Below, in pieces: positions 24,575 through 36,784 of a stretch of DNA of 64,000 nt. Position 1 is the first letter of the stretch; every line of letters starts with the position of its first letter. Made by a program: the position numbers and the translations under genes. Below the pieces are notes generated by a model. It saw nothing but the letters and a program-made list of their open reading frames with translations. It was not told where the DNA came from and did not search any database. The stretch comes from Nageia nagi (lineage: Eukaryota; Plantae; Pinophyta), in assembly GCA_050084985.1 (NCBI GenBank), contig JBITNC010000001.1:154566001-154630000 (forward strand), written 5' to 3'.

Positions 24575-26241
24575 CTAGTTGTATGGAGTTTTCTTCATTG
24601 TTGTTGATGTTGCTCCTTCATTGAGTGCCTCCTTTTGTTGAGTAGCTCCCCCTTCAACAAAAGTCTCTATGGTCTTCAACAACCATATTCTCTCTTCTTC
24701 ATGGTCCTCAAACCATTCTTGTAGTGACATTCCATCAATACTATAAGTATTGGTTTTCAAGAACCAATCTCTCTCACAATGGTGTTTGAACCATTCTTTC
24801 ATCTCTCTCTCATTTTTTATATGGTGTTTAAACCATGTTTGCAAGTAGTCATTTGCTCTTGCATTCATTACATCATAGCATACTCCACATGAGTATGTTC
24901 TCATCATTTCACAATAATCATTATACCACACTACTCTCTCACAAATGTCTACACACACTTTGAGACAATACATAGCCACACATTGGCTAATTACATATGC
25001 AACTTTGAGTTGCTCCTCACACAAAGTTTCACTCAAAAAATCACACCTCACTAAGATTTTACAATCATCATTTGGATCCACAATTTTACCATCATTTTCT
25101 TCACCAAAGGAATACTCTCCTTCAAGGTTTCTTCCATAAAATCATCTTCATAGCATGTTTCCTCCAAAGTTATTTCAACTTGAGGATTCTTCAACCTATT
25201 TTCACAAAACAAATCATTAGTATAAAATTTTTTTTCACCTCTAATGGTGATTTCCTTTGTGCTTTTTTCTTCTTCACAAAGTACTATCTCACTATTCTTT
25301 CTCTCCTCCTTGAGATATGCTTTGTCAATCACTCTTGGTGAATGATCTTCTTGCATGAACATGGAGTTTATAGCCTCCATTTATTCTTCATTAATGACCT
25401 CTCTAAGATCATCATCCCATATTATCTTCATAAGACAATCATCATGTGTCTCCTCCATGAAGCATTCCTCATCTTCTCCTCTCTTCTCAACAAGAAGAAG
25501 ATTCTCACATACACTCTCCTCCTTGAGAGCTTCTTCTTGGTGATCTTCACATTGGGTGTCTTCACCATCAACTTGAGCAATGGAATCATCATTGCATATG
25601 ATTTGAGCCTTGTCTTCATTCACTCCATGTGAGTGAGTTTCATCTACTCCATGTGAGTAGTTTTCAGCCATGGAACACTCCTTCTCAAGGGTGTCTTCAT
25701 CTTGTTCTTTATCAAAAAATAACTCTTGCCAACATTGGGTTGACTCCTCCTCATTCTCCATCATAAGAATGGGTTCACAATATGCCTCTTCCATGAATCA
25801 TTCATCATCATATGGCTGAAATGGTGTCTTCAATAGACACTCTTCAAATGACTCCTCCATAAGACATGGATCATCACAAGGCCAATCTAATTCCTCTCCA
25901 AGGAATTCTCCTTCATAGTTTTCATCATATGTTTCTTCATAAGATTCTCTCAATGCTTTCCAAGCTATTGCAGCTAATTTACAATTAGCAATGATGGGAA
26001 AAACATTCTCTTTCATGGCTTTTCTCAAGTCCATGAGAGCTAAGCAATTTTGATATTGCTTTTCTTTTTTCTCCTCTCCTTCAAGAGAGCTCCAATTTGG
26101 GGGTTCTTCATAGCCTTCTTCTATAATGCTCCAAAGGTCCTTAGCCTTGAGCAAGGTATTCATTATTATGCTCCACCAAGCATAATTTTGTCCATCAAAC
26201 TTGGGCACCTCCAAGTTTTCATACATGGTGTCCATTTCCAT
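24575..26241 (-). pseudogene. Gag N-terminus + acidic repeat region + Cys/His/Trp-rich domain; ancestral ~555 aa, now 2 stops and 1 frameshift
   Basis: ORFs 25798-26241, 25381-25794 and 25051-25380 are in one frame separated by single stops. A 1-bp frameshift near 25125 links to 24575-25081. The N-terminus VPKFDGQNYAWWSIIMNTLLKAKDLWSIIEEGY...AWKALRESY is the copia Gag N-terminus. Confidence 0.85.
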
Positions 26242-28393
26242 TTGTGCAGATTTAATAAATATTCAGTAGCTTCAAATCTTCATTAATATGGATATCAGGT
26301 TCATGCATAAAAACACTCCCAATCATTCTTTTTAAAGTCTCAACACCAACTCTCTCTTTACCAACAATTTAACATGGACCTCCACATCACATCCATGAAA
26401 TGAGCACACTGTATGTATTTACAAGAGTGGTTGAATCATAACAACGTATTTGAGTAGCAAGGGCAACAGCTACAAATTGTGGACTGCACTGAACTATGTA
26501 GATAGCTTCCATTATTTTTTTCACACACGCATTATGTGGTCTCCTTCAGACTACTTTCTCTCCATGTACAACACTGCTCTACCTTCACCTTCTCCTCATG
26601 CTACTTGAAATGCAATGAATAGTAATAGTATTCCAACAGCGCTGCTCTTCAACAATGTTGGCTCCTTTAACATGCAACATAGCATGTGAACATCACCTTT
26701 GTGCTATCTTCGTGAATGTCTCCTTCACATGAACATCTCCTTCACCTCCATGCGGATCACAATCAGTTTCAGATCACCAAAGATATGGCTTTTCCTTGGT
26801 AGTATTGATTACACTAGTTGCTCCTTCAATCTCAAGTAGATAGATACTTCGGTAGTGGAAGAACAAGTACTGATGATTGATACTAGAATGAAAGGGCATT
26901 CCACTGGAACCAAAACAAGTAGAAGCTCCTTTGAAAAGAAGTGGTCAGGTGCTTTTAATGAAGAATGCTTTTCAATCTTCCATAATTTGCTCTCCTCTCT
27001 GCTCTGTTGGTGTTGTCTCGGTGGCACAATGTGAGATTCCTCTTAGGTAGGACTTATGGCATCCAATCCTCATAGCCTTCTCAGGTTGACTGTAACAACA
27101 ATGATCTTCAAATCGTATGCAACCTTGTGTGTAGCCTCCTTCAGCAACATACTCCTTCTTTGTTAGCTTCTCTATGTAGTTCTAATGTGTATGCACAAGG
27201 TGGGTGGTGGTTCTCTTGACAACAAGACCTCACTTCCACATTGGCATCCTATAGGTCTGTCTCCCTCTACATAGGTTACTGAAACATGGCCACACAAACA
27301 TCACGTGAATCCTCCATGTGATCACTATAGCATGACTTCTGACCACATAATGTTTTCTCCTCCGTGAGCTATAGACCATGAACAGCACATGAACATCCTC
27401 TACAAACCATGAATAGCTTCTCCTCCTCCTTCATGCAGGTCAAAAATGTCTCCTCCACATGAGTAGCAAGTCACCAAATGAAGGTCCTTCACACACTTCT
27501 GCTTCACATGATCTCCTTCATGGTGTAGGCCACTGTTTCTCCTCCATAAGCTTCAGCATGGGCTCCTTTCAATAACAGCTTGTCCAAGCAAACCTTGGCT
27601 TAGTCTCACTCTATCTTTAGTGATCATGGCTCCTTTGGCTCATAGGCCTTCTACAGATGCTCCTCCTTCACCGCTCTACCTTCATGCACATCTCTTCTTG
27701 TGAGCCATCAAATGCAAGCTTCAGACCAAATGCGAGCTTCAGTGCATGTCTCCTCCTCACTGGTATAGATCTGCTTCATTGCTTCACCAAATCTCCCCAT
27801 TGGCAGAGATTACAGTCTAGAAGCTGTGGTACCATCCAGACCTTGGGCATTACGCATGTCCTCAGCACATGCACTATAGGGAGGGATCGGTTCGCATCCC
27901 TTCTCCTCATGCAACTCCATCTATGCTTCCCCACCATCCACATCCTTCACATGCGCAGGTCACCAATCATAGCACATAGGTCTTTGGCAGCTCTCTCCTT
28001 GCAGCAATCAATTCAATGCATAGTCTTTCAGTGCAACACTCCTCACATGGGCCTCATAGCATGCGACTTCAGCTCCTCTTTTCTACTATGCGTGGGTTTC
28101 CTTCAAACCTCCTTTTATATTACGTAGACTCCTTTCTTATCACATCTCAGCTCTGCACATTTCACAGCTGGATTCCTCCTTTTCTCAAGAAAATTAATCA
28201 ACCAGATAATATTCCTCCATGTTGTGTGAGCTTCTCTACAAGATGTGGATCTCACACTTGCAAGAATTTGATAAATTCTTTGCAATGCATCCACAAGCTC
28301 AATAACTCTAATGACAGTCCTTGAGGAGCTTGATAAGATCCTTCAAGACTTCACCCACTCTAACCCAATAATCAACTATGCTCCGAAACCAAT

Positions 28394-28709
28394 TGAGAGA
28401 ACTATAATGTTCTTTATTATTCATAAAAATGAGTTACATATATAGGCTTTGTGAGCCATTACAAGACAAGCTAAATGGTTGAGATGCAATATTCTCACAC
28501 CATAACAAATATCACAAATAACACACCTATGTGAACTACAAGACAATAAGTGATGCCTATCCTAACAAATAGGCTAACTATGGAATATGGTCAACATAGA
28601 CCAAATATTCCTCACAAGCTAATATTAATACTTTAGGAAATACTCTTATTCCTAATTAATTAATCCTAATAACTTAGGACTTAGGGATATGTAGGGTATA
28701 ATTCCAACA
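28394..28709 (-). repeat. 5' LTR of the pol-less element
   Basis: TG...CA, adjacent to the PBS. Confidence 0.97.
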
Positions 28710-30099
28710 ATCATTAGGTGATGATGCTAACTTAGTGGAAGTATGATCTCTAGGGTGTTATGGGCCCCTAGTAGAAAACCACTACACCATTACCAGAAAG
28801 CTTGATGCACATGGGATGTGGAATAGGAATGGTGACATCACCTTTGAGGCATCTTCTCAATGAGGTGAACATTAAGGAGTGAACATCAGATAATTAATCA
28901 GGGTTGGTTATTCTAGACTCTACCAAACTTGCCATATGGGTGCTGGTAGCTGATAGTGTTGACATGCTCATGTGGACCACTTGACTCCATTCCTAGATCA
29001 TTTGAGTGTTTCATTTTAAAAAAAAATGGGTCTAAATTTTTAGGGTCTTATGAAATTTGAGATTAAGCTAAGCATTGAAGAGTTGGAGTGCTATAGAAAG
29101 TTTTTAGGATTTTACATTCTTGAAATTTTTGGGTGGTAGCAATCCCCTTTACTTTATTTTATTGGATTGTCTATGTTATTTGTTATTTCATTTAGAATTC
29201 CATTATTATTTTCTTTGGCTAATTATCATTCTCATTTGTAGGAAAGAACCCTAATGATTAGTGTTAAGATAGTTGCAGAATACTGGCTAACATGCATTAT
29301 ACAAAATCACTCAAAATGGTATTTAAGGAATGTGTGAAATAATTTTTAAAAAAATAAAAAGGAAAAATGTGTATCCAAATATAGATGTTTAAATGATTCA
29401 ATAATTAAACAAAAATAAAATAAATTTTTAACAAGTAAAAAAGTAATCTAAATGGTAATGAAAGATGTAGCAAAAGAGTAGCATTTAATAATAGTTAAGA
29501 ATAATAATGATATAATAACAAATGATGCCCTTGATATTCGAGATTAAATCAACCTATGAAATCCAAGAGATTAAATATGATATTAGAACATAAAGGATAT
29601 TTAAAAGTAGTTTTAAACCCAAATACCTTTACCAATGTTTATCCATATGTCGCCTAAATTAGCATCGCTAAAAATCAATTCTCTATGATGATGGTTAATA
29701 TTCATATGTTTATAGTTCCATAAATTATCATTTAAGGTACTAACTATATGGTTATAAACCATCCCATTAAACTATAAAAAATTGGTTTAGTATTAACACA
29801 TTAGTATTTAAGGGGAAAGTTTAAAATTAAATCTTCATAATTAATATTTGAAAAAATAAGTGTAGTTTAGAAGCATTCTACCATCATGTAAACATGATGT
29901 AATAATGCTTCCAAATTACACCATCCTTGGTTATTTGAGTTTTAACTCTAATATCAATCATAGTGTTTTCCATGGGCTTCCAAACAATATCCCAATGGAA
30001 CTAACAAATCATGGTTCAGTATCTTACCTAACTTATCTTAGTCTAATATTAGTGACACCTAAAGGAACACCTAACCAAAACTTTATAGTGGCCCAATCC

Positions 30100-33000
30100 T
30101 ACTAGAAATGGACCTAAGTTAACTTAACAAATTGACTTGAATTTATAAATATCTTTCTTTATTGGTTAGTTTTGATAAAATGAAGACAAGTTGGTGAATC
30201 ATGGGTGTGTTTGAGGTGAAACATGGACCCACTAATAAAACATTAGCATGTTTTTAAAACCTAATACATTTCAATTTCCATATACGTAATACAAGAATGT
30301 CAAATACCTAAATTTGCAAACTAAAATATAAGTATGTTCATGGATTTTATGATGAAACACTAACATGTTTCATTAGTATTTTATCTTTTGTAATGTAGCC
30401 ATTACATTTTCTTTATTTTGAGCAACTAAAGCTAGGTTTAGGTATGTATTGAGTTCAGACTCTTTCAAGTTAACTCTTTCAGTTTTAGAGTGATTCATCT
30501 TCTCTTGTACCATTGTAAATATGTATTTTTCATTCTTGTTGATTGATTCATACATTTGATCTTATATTATACTACCAAAGTGAATATACAACTCTCTATT
30601 GTTACAAGTGAATATTGCTAATTATGGGTCCATATTATTGATATTTGTTTATTTATTTTACTTATAAAACTCCATTTGGTATCAGAGCTTGTTTATTCTA
30701 GAGAGTTTGAGATATTTTATAGTTCCTATTATAATTTATCAATTTATTTTATAGGACCATTGTATGTTTATACACAAACTTTCTTTTGATTCTAGAATTT
30801 GATGGAGATAACTATGAGTATGAGACCATCAAATGAATACCTTATTGTTGAAAAAGCATCTATGGGATAGTGTTGAGGATGGGTATGTAAAACCCACTAA
30901 CTAAAATACTCTTATGGATCTTGATAAGGTAACAAAGAATTAGGCTTAGTAAAATAATTATTTGGTACTCTGTCATCTTTAATCTTCTTTGGATAAGAGA
31001 ATTTTCCCAAGGATTATTGGTTGTATAATAGAAAAAGAAGCATTGATAGCATCAAAGGATGGTTACCAAGGAAGCAACCAAGTGAAATAAGTAAAATTAA
31101 AAACTCTTATAGGAGAGTTTTAGAAATTTATGATGCAATATAATGAAAGTGTTGGTGATTATTATGTGAGAGTGAAGGTTATTGTAGAAAAGATTAACAT
31201 GTTGTTGTTGTGAAGAATGTGTTGAGAATACTTACATCAAAATGGATCCATATAGTTATTATCATTGAAAAGAGAAAAGATTTGTCTACTCTTAATTTTG
31301 ATCAATTAATTAGCTTTCTTATGTTTCATGAGGAGAGATCAAAATACACTATAATTGGTGGTGTTGAAGAAAAAGCATTCTCTTTAAAGGTGAATGAAGC
31401 AAGCTCTAGTGGATAATGAAGAGGCAATGGTGGAAGAGATAATAATTCCTCTAGAGAAAAAGGTAGAAGTAGAGGTGTTTCTATTGGAAAGGGAAAATTT
31501 TAAGACCCCCACCCTAAAAAAAAATGTTTTAATAGGAGGGTGATTAATCTTAAAATATGTTCGAAAATGAGGCAATCAATTTCAAATCATGTTAAACTTT
31601 TTTAAAAAGAAGGGTGAAATATATATATATAAGGTGAATAATCATTCAAATACTTAAATTATATATTTTATTTTCTTGTATTACCAAATTATAATGTTAA
31701 AATTTAAGTTATATATATATATATATATATATATAGGTATATATATCCTTGCAATAGGAAACAATGTTGGTGATATTTTTAATTTATAATTTTAAGAAAT
31801 ATAATGGGTCAAACCTATTCTAAATGTGGGTATAATTTCCCATAAAAATAAAAAATAAAATCAAGATGAACATGTTAGAAGAAGAATTTGTCTATATATC
31901 CAAATATAAAAAATGAAATCTTAGATGTTATCCATTTGGATATGGGTTAGCCACTAACATTTTCCTTGGTATTAAATGAGGAATAGTTGACAAGAAAAAT
32001 ATGCAATACCATCATTACAACAAGTTTGGACACTTTGAAAGAGACTATAGATTAAAGGATGCAAATGAAGGGAGGACAGTGAATTATGGAGAGAAGAAGA
32101 GATTATTGTAGGAGATAAAAAAACTTTCTTCTCATATAACAAGTTTGATAATATACTTCAAGATATTTGGATACTTTACATTGAACGTTTAAACCAAATG
32201 ACCAATAAGAGGGAGATGCTATCTTCATTAGATCATTCCTATAAATCAACCATTAAGCTTGGGGATGATAAATGCTTAGAGGTATCACTAAAATGGAATA
32301 TAAGATAGATAAAAAGAATGTAAATGATATCTACTATACTCCAAATTTTAAATATAATTTGTTGAGTGTAGGAAAATCATGGAGAAAAACTATTAGTTTT
32401 TAAATATGGGAAGTGTGTATTTTTTTACAATAACCATGAAAATATTATTATTACAATTGTTCCAATGAGTAAAAATAAATTATTTCCATTAAATTTTGGA
32501 AGATAAGGGGTTAGTCTTACAAATGTGACTATTGAGAAAAAAAATTAGCTTTGGCATCTTAGATTTGGGTACTTGAATTTTATAAGTTTGAAGTTGTGAC
32601 ATATTAAGAGATGATATATATATATTGCTAAAGGTAGAGGATCAAAAGACTATTTATTAAATATGAGCTTTAGGAAAGCATTCTAGATAGAATTAATGTT
32701 ATAGTATTTCAAGAAAGCATGTGATTATGATTATGATCCCAATTCAAGTACTACAATTACCTCATCAAGTGATAGTTCTCCAAACAATAGTTTTGTTAAT
32801 GTTATAAATACAAATAGAGTTAAAAAGGCACTTAAAGATCATTCTAATACTCAATTTTTGTACAAAAAATTTCATAGAATATTGATAAGGATCGAAACTC
32901 AAGAATTAGACCAAGTTGTTCAAAGACTTGAGAATATACAAATGTATGGAGATGAAGATGAAGGTGAACTAAAAGGTGATATTGTGAATTATGCATTAAT

Positions 33001-35094
33001 GGTTATTTATAATTTTGAACCTTATTTTTATGAATATTATTGTATTAATAGTATTTATATGCAAGCTATGAAAGAAGAGATAAATTACATTATGAATAAT
33101 GACACTTGGAAACTTATTGAATTGCCCAAGGAAAGAAATATGTGGGTTCCAAGGAGTTATACAAGAAAAGATGTAACAATGATGGAAACATTGAAAGGTA
33201 CAAGGATAGACTTATTGATAAGTTCTTAAATCAAAAATATAAAATTTACTATGAAGATACTTTTGCACTAGTAGCAAGGAAAGAAACAGTGAGCTTGGTT
33301 CTTTCCTTAGCTTCCCAAAAATAGTGGATTGTATATCACATGGATGTTAAAAGTGTATTGTTGAATGACTACTTGAATGAGGAGGTTTATGTATAATAAC
33401 ATCAATGTTTTGAGGTCAAAGGAAAAGAAAAACATTTATACAAGTTGAAGAAGGTCTTGTATGATCTCAAGCAAGCTCCAAGAGCTTGGTACACACAATT
33501 GATAGTTACTTTCAATAGTATGGATTCAAAAGGAGAAAGAGTAAACCAAACTTATATTTCAAGAAAGAATTTTATTATGCAATATATATGGGTAGTAGTT
33601 CCTTTTTGAATGATATTTTCATGATTACAATGATGATTAAGTTTGAGATGAATGATTTAGGTTTGGTGCATTATTTTCCTTGCATGGAGGTCCACCAAAT
33701 CAGGGACCAAATATTCATTTTTCAAACCAAGTATGTAAAATATATGATGAATAAGTTTAAGATGGAAAATTATAAACCTATCCCTAATCATATTGCTCAT
33801 GGAGAGATGTTTTGGATGGATGATGGGATTGAGAAAGTGAATGTGATAGAATATAGAGCCCTTGTTGGGAGTCTTATATTTCTCACAAACACAAGATAGC
33901 ATATTGATTATGACTTCTCTTTGGTATCTAAGTGCATGAGTGTACCATGTTTTTTTACACTTAATAAATGTAAAAATAATATTGAAATTTGTGCGTGGAA
34001 TCATCAATTTTGGCATCCATTATTCTTATTGTGAGAAGTTGGAGTTGATTAGTTTTAGTGATTCTAATTGGGTTAGTAACTTGGATAATAAGAAGTTTAA
34101 TTTTGGTAATTATTTCTCACTTGGATGAGGGTTGATTACTTGGATTTAAAAGAAGAAAGGATTAGTTATGCTCTCTTCCACAAAGGTTGAGTACATTATT
34201 ATTACTTTAGTAGGAGCATAAGCCTTGTGGCTTCATGATTTGTTGGAGTATATTGGTGAGAAGCAAGAAGGACCTACTTTATTTTTTTTTGACAACATGA
34301 GTGTCATTCAATATGCGCAAAATCCTGTCCACCATAGTCAATCTAAATATTTCTATTTGAAGTATCATTTCATTCATGACATGGTGAAAAGAAAAACATT
34401 GAGCTAAAGTATTATATAACTCATGATTAATTGGTATATATATTCAAAACAGAAGTGGATAAATCTCAATTTTTGAAGCTGAGAAACTCACTAGTGATTC
34501 CTCTTAGCATCAAGAGGGAGAATATTGCAAATTGACCTAAGTTTACTTGAATTAAATAACATCTTCCTTGGTTGGTTAGTTATAATAAATCATAGATAGA
34601 CTGATGAACCATAAGTGTATTTGAGGTGAAATATGGATCCATTAGTGAAATATTGGTACATTTCTAGAATATTAATGTGTTTCAATTTCCATGTATGTAA
34701 TATAGGAATGTCAAGTACTTGAGTGTACAAACAAAAACATTAGCACATTCTTGAATATTTTGATGAAATACTGACACATTCCATCAATATTTTATCTTTT
34801 GTAATGTAAGTGTTACATTTTCCTTTGTTTAAGTAACTAAATCTAGGTTTAGGTGTGTATTAAGTTGAGACTCTTCATTTTATCTCTCATGTTAACTCTT
34901 TCACTTCTATAATGATTCATCTTCTTGTGTAGCATTGTAAATATGTGTTTTTTTATTCTTATTGAGTGGCTCACATATTTGATGTAATGTTATGATTCCA
35001 AAGTGAATATAAATATATTTATTATTTTTTGTTCATTGATTTTTGTGGTTCCATACTATTAATATTTATTTATTTATTTTTGTTATAAACTCTA
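30100..35094 (+). mobile_element. Old Ty1/copia element (copia-1) with both LTRs and TSD; integrase core deleted
   Basis: LTRs 30100-30674 and 34523-35094 (diverged but collinear). TSD AATCC (30095-30099 / 35095-35099). PBS TGGTATCAGAGC at 30677-30688; PPT AAGAGGGAGAA at 34512-34522. Remnants of gag, zinc knuckle (~31990), protease (~32160), WHLRFGYLNF (~32550), RT (HMDVKS, LYDLKQAPRAW) and RNase H (DNMSVI..AQNPVHH). Confidence 0.93.
31490..31980. other. ~490-bp AT-rich insertion in copia-1 gag, containing (TA)n tracts and a small hairpin
   Basis: Interrupts gag between the GRG-rich segment and the zinc knuckle (contiguous in copia-2). (TA)n at 31711-31735; inverted repeat ttttaaga..caccct / agggtg..tcttaaaa at ~31497-31557. 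Confidence 0.55.
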
Positions 35095-35100
35095 AATCCA

Positions 35101-35480
35101 TGGATATGAAATTATCCAAATGTACCATATAATATGAAATGATCTAAATACAACAAAATATAATATGAAATTATATGAGTAAACCATATGATGTGAAATG
35201 GTCCAAGCACAAAATATGATATGGAATGATCTAAATGCACCAACATATAACATGAAACCTTATGAAGTGATAGAAGCATCAAATATATTATTTGAAACCT
35301 CAAAAAAATTAAAACCTCCCTCTTAAATACCTAAATAGACCATGATATAAAATGATTTAAATACACCATATGATGAGATATGAAATTATTTAAAAGCACC
35401 ATATGATATAAAAATTGGCATGGAGAAGGAAAGAAATTGTTCAACCTAAAATATTTCTAAGGGTCAAAAACCAATCCAAA
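35101..35480. repeat. ~28-bp minisatellite (ATGATATGAAATGATCTAAATACACC-like) block, duplicated at 38080-38375
   Basis: Multiple degenerate units; collinear copy including the unique spacer at 38080-38375. 35420-35545 is also repeated at 35860-35975. Confidence 0.75.
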
Positions 35481-36019
35481 AGTGGTAAGTTGATAAAACC
35501 ATGCTTGTAATAATTAGCCAAACAAAGACAAAATATATTGTTCCTAAGTGCTTCATGGGATAAAATTTTAAGTGATGAGATTGTATAACTTTGAAAATAT
35601 GAGAAGAAAAAGATCATCACCTTGAAATTATAAACCATATTGAGAAACAATCTCACTAAAACCCTCCAAAAAGTCATAAATATCAAAACCCCAAAAATAT
35701 AATGCACCTTGTAAAAATTTAAAAGGGTAATAAAAGCAATAGCATCCATACCTGAAAACATGCAAGGGTGGATATGTGTAAAATTATGTATATGCATAAA
35801 ATGAAAGGTTATAGAGACTTTTAAGTAAATGCAATTATTAGGTGTCAAACTAGCTTGGAATAGGAAAGCAACTATTCAACCTAAACAAATTTTAAGTGTC
35901 AAAAACTAGTGCAAAAGTGGTAAGTTGGTAAAAACATGATTATAATACTTAGCCAAACATAGGAAAAATATATATTAGAACTCTTTTATAAATAAATTAT
36001 GATATGTTGTAGTAGTATT

Positions 36020-36175
36020 ATAAAGCATATTTGAATCATTTAAGCATAATTAAAATTGCAAAACATATTTGAATCATTTGATCATAACTGAAACTATAGA
36101 GCATATTCGAATTATTTGAGCATAATTATGTAATTCTTGATCAAATAGGTATTCTTAATCATTTAAGAATAGTTA
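36020..36175. repeat. ~39-bp tandem repeat (AAAGCATATTTGAATCATTTAAGCATAATT core), 3-4 copies
   Basis: Core at ~36022, 36061, 36099 and degenerate at ~36145. Confidence 0.7.
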
Positions 36176-36784
36176 TTGAGTATGTTTCAATCTTATTGCA
36201 CTTATATTTATGTTCATGTTCCATCTACATTACATAACCTTCATGTCCAAAAATTTGGCCCAAAGGATGATGTGATTGTTGTAATAAACCTATGAAAAAG
36301 AGATAAAGTGTATTTTTCATGATTGTACCATTATACCACCATTTAACCAAATGATATTCATAATATCAAAATTTAAAGTTTAATATACCATCTTTTTAAA
36401 AATCATATTCTTATCGAAAAGGATCCCAAAAGATGTCTAAAAATTATATCAACTTTTTGAAAGTGCCTTTGATTCCTCTTGGAGGTGATATAAGAGCCAC
36501 ATACCAATTGGTTTTCATCATAATATACAATATTTTTAGATATAGTATTTAACCAAATTCCAAGTTATTATAATTTAAATAATTTACCACTCTAATTCTA
36601 ACAAATACTTCCAACTTAGATAAATTCTTTAAATATCACCAACTAGGGCTTTAGGCCAAATACTGCATACAAAATGCCCTTGTAAATAACAACATATATG
36701 TTTCTTTTGAAAAACATATTTCACATAAATATACATAAAACATATGCATATCCATGTTACATCAAAACTATGCATATCAAAGTA

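Larger units (their letters stand above)
24119..28709 (-). mobile_element. Non-autonomous copia-derived LTR retrotransposon with gag-derived ORF only (TR-GAG-like), 4591 bp
   Basis: 316-bp TG...CA LTRs (24119-24434, 28394-28709) with 9 differences counted. TSD ATCAT (24114-24118 / 28710-28714). PBS TGGTTTCGGAGC (28380-28391, -, tRNA-iMet-like with 2 mismatches). PPT AAAGGGGAGAA (24435-24445, -). No PR/INT/RT domains. Confidence 0.95.

Noticed and set aside
24945-26286. Plus-strand hydrophobic ORFs opposite the Gag fusion
   Set aside because: Antisense shadows of Glu/Asp/Lys-rich codons (giving Phe/Leu/Ser); no independent support.
27657-28324. 156-aa and 102-aa plus-strand ORFs in the leader as antisense genes
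   Set aside because: No recognisable domain and plausible by chance in this GC-richer segment; cannot be excluded without family comparison.
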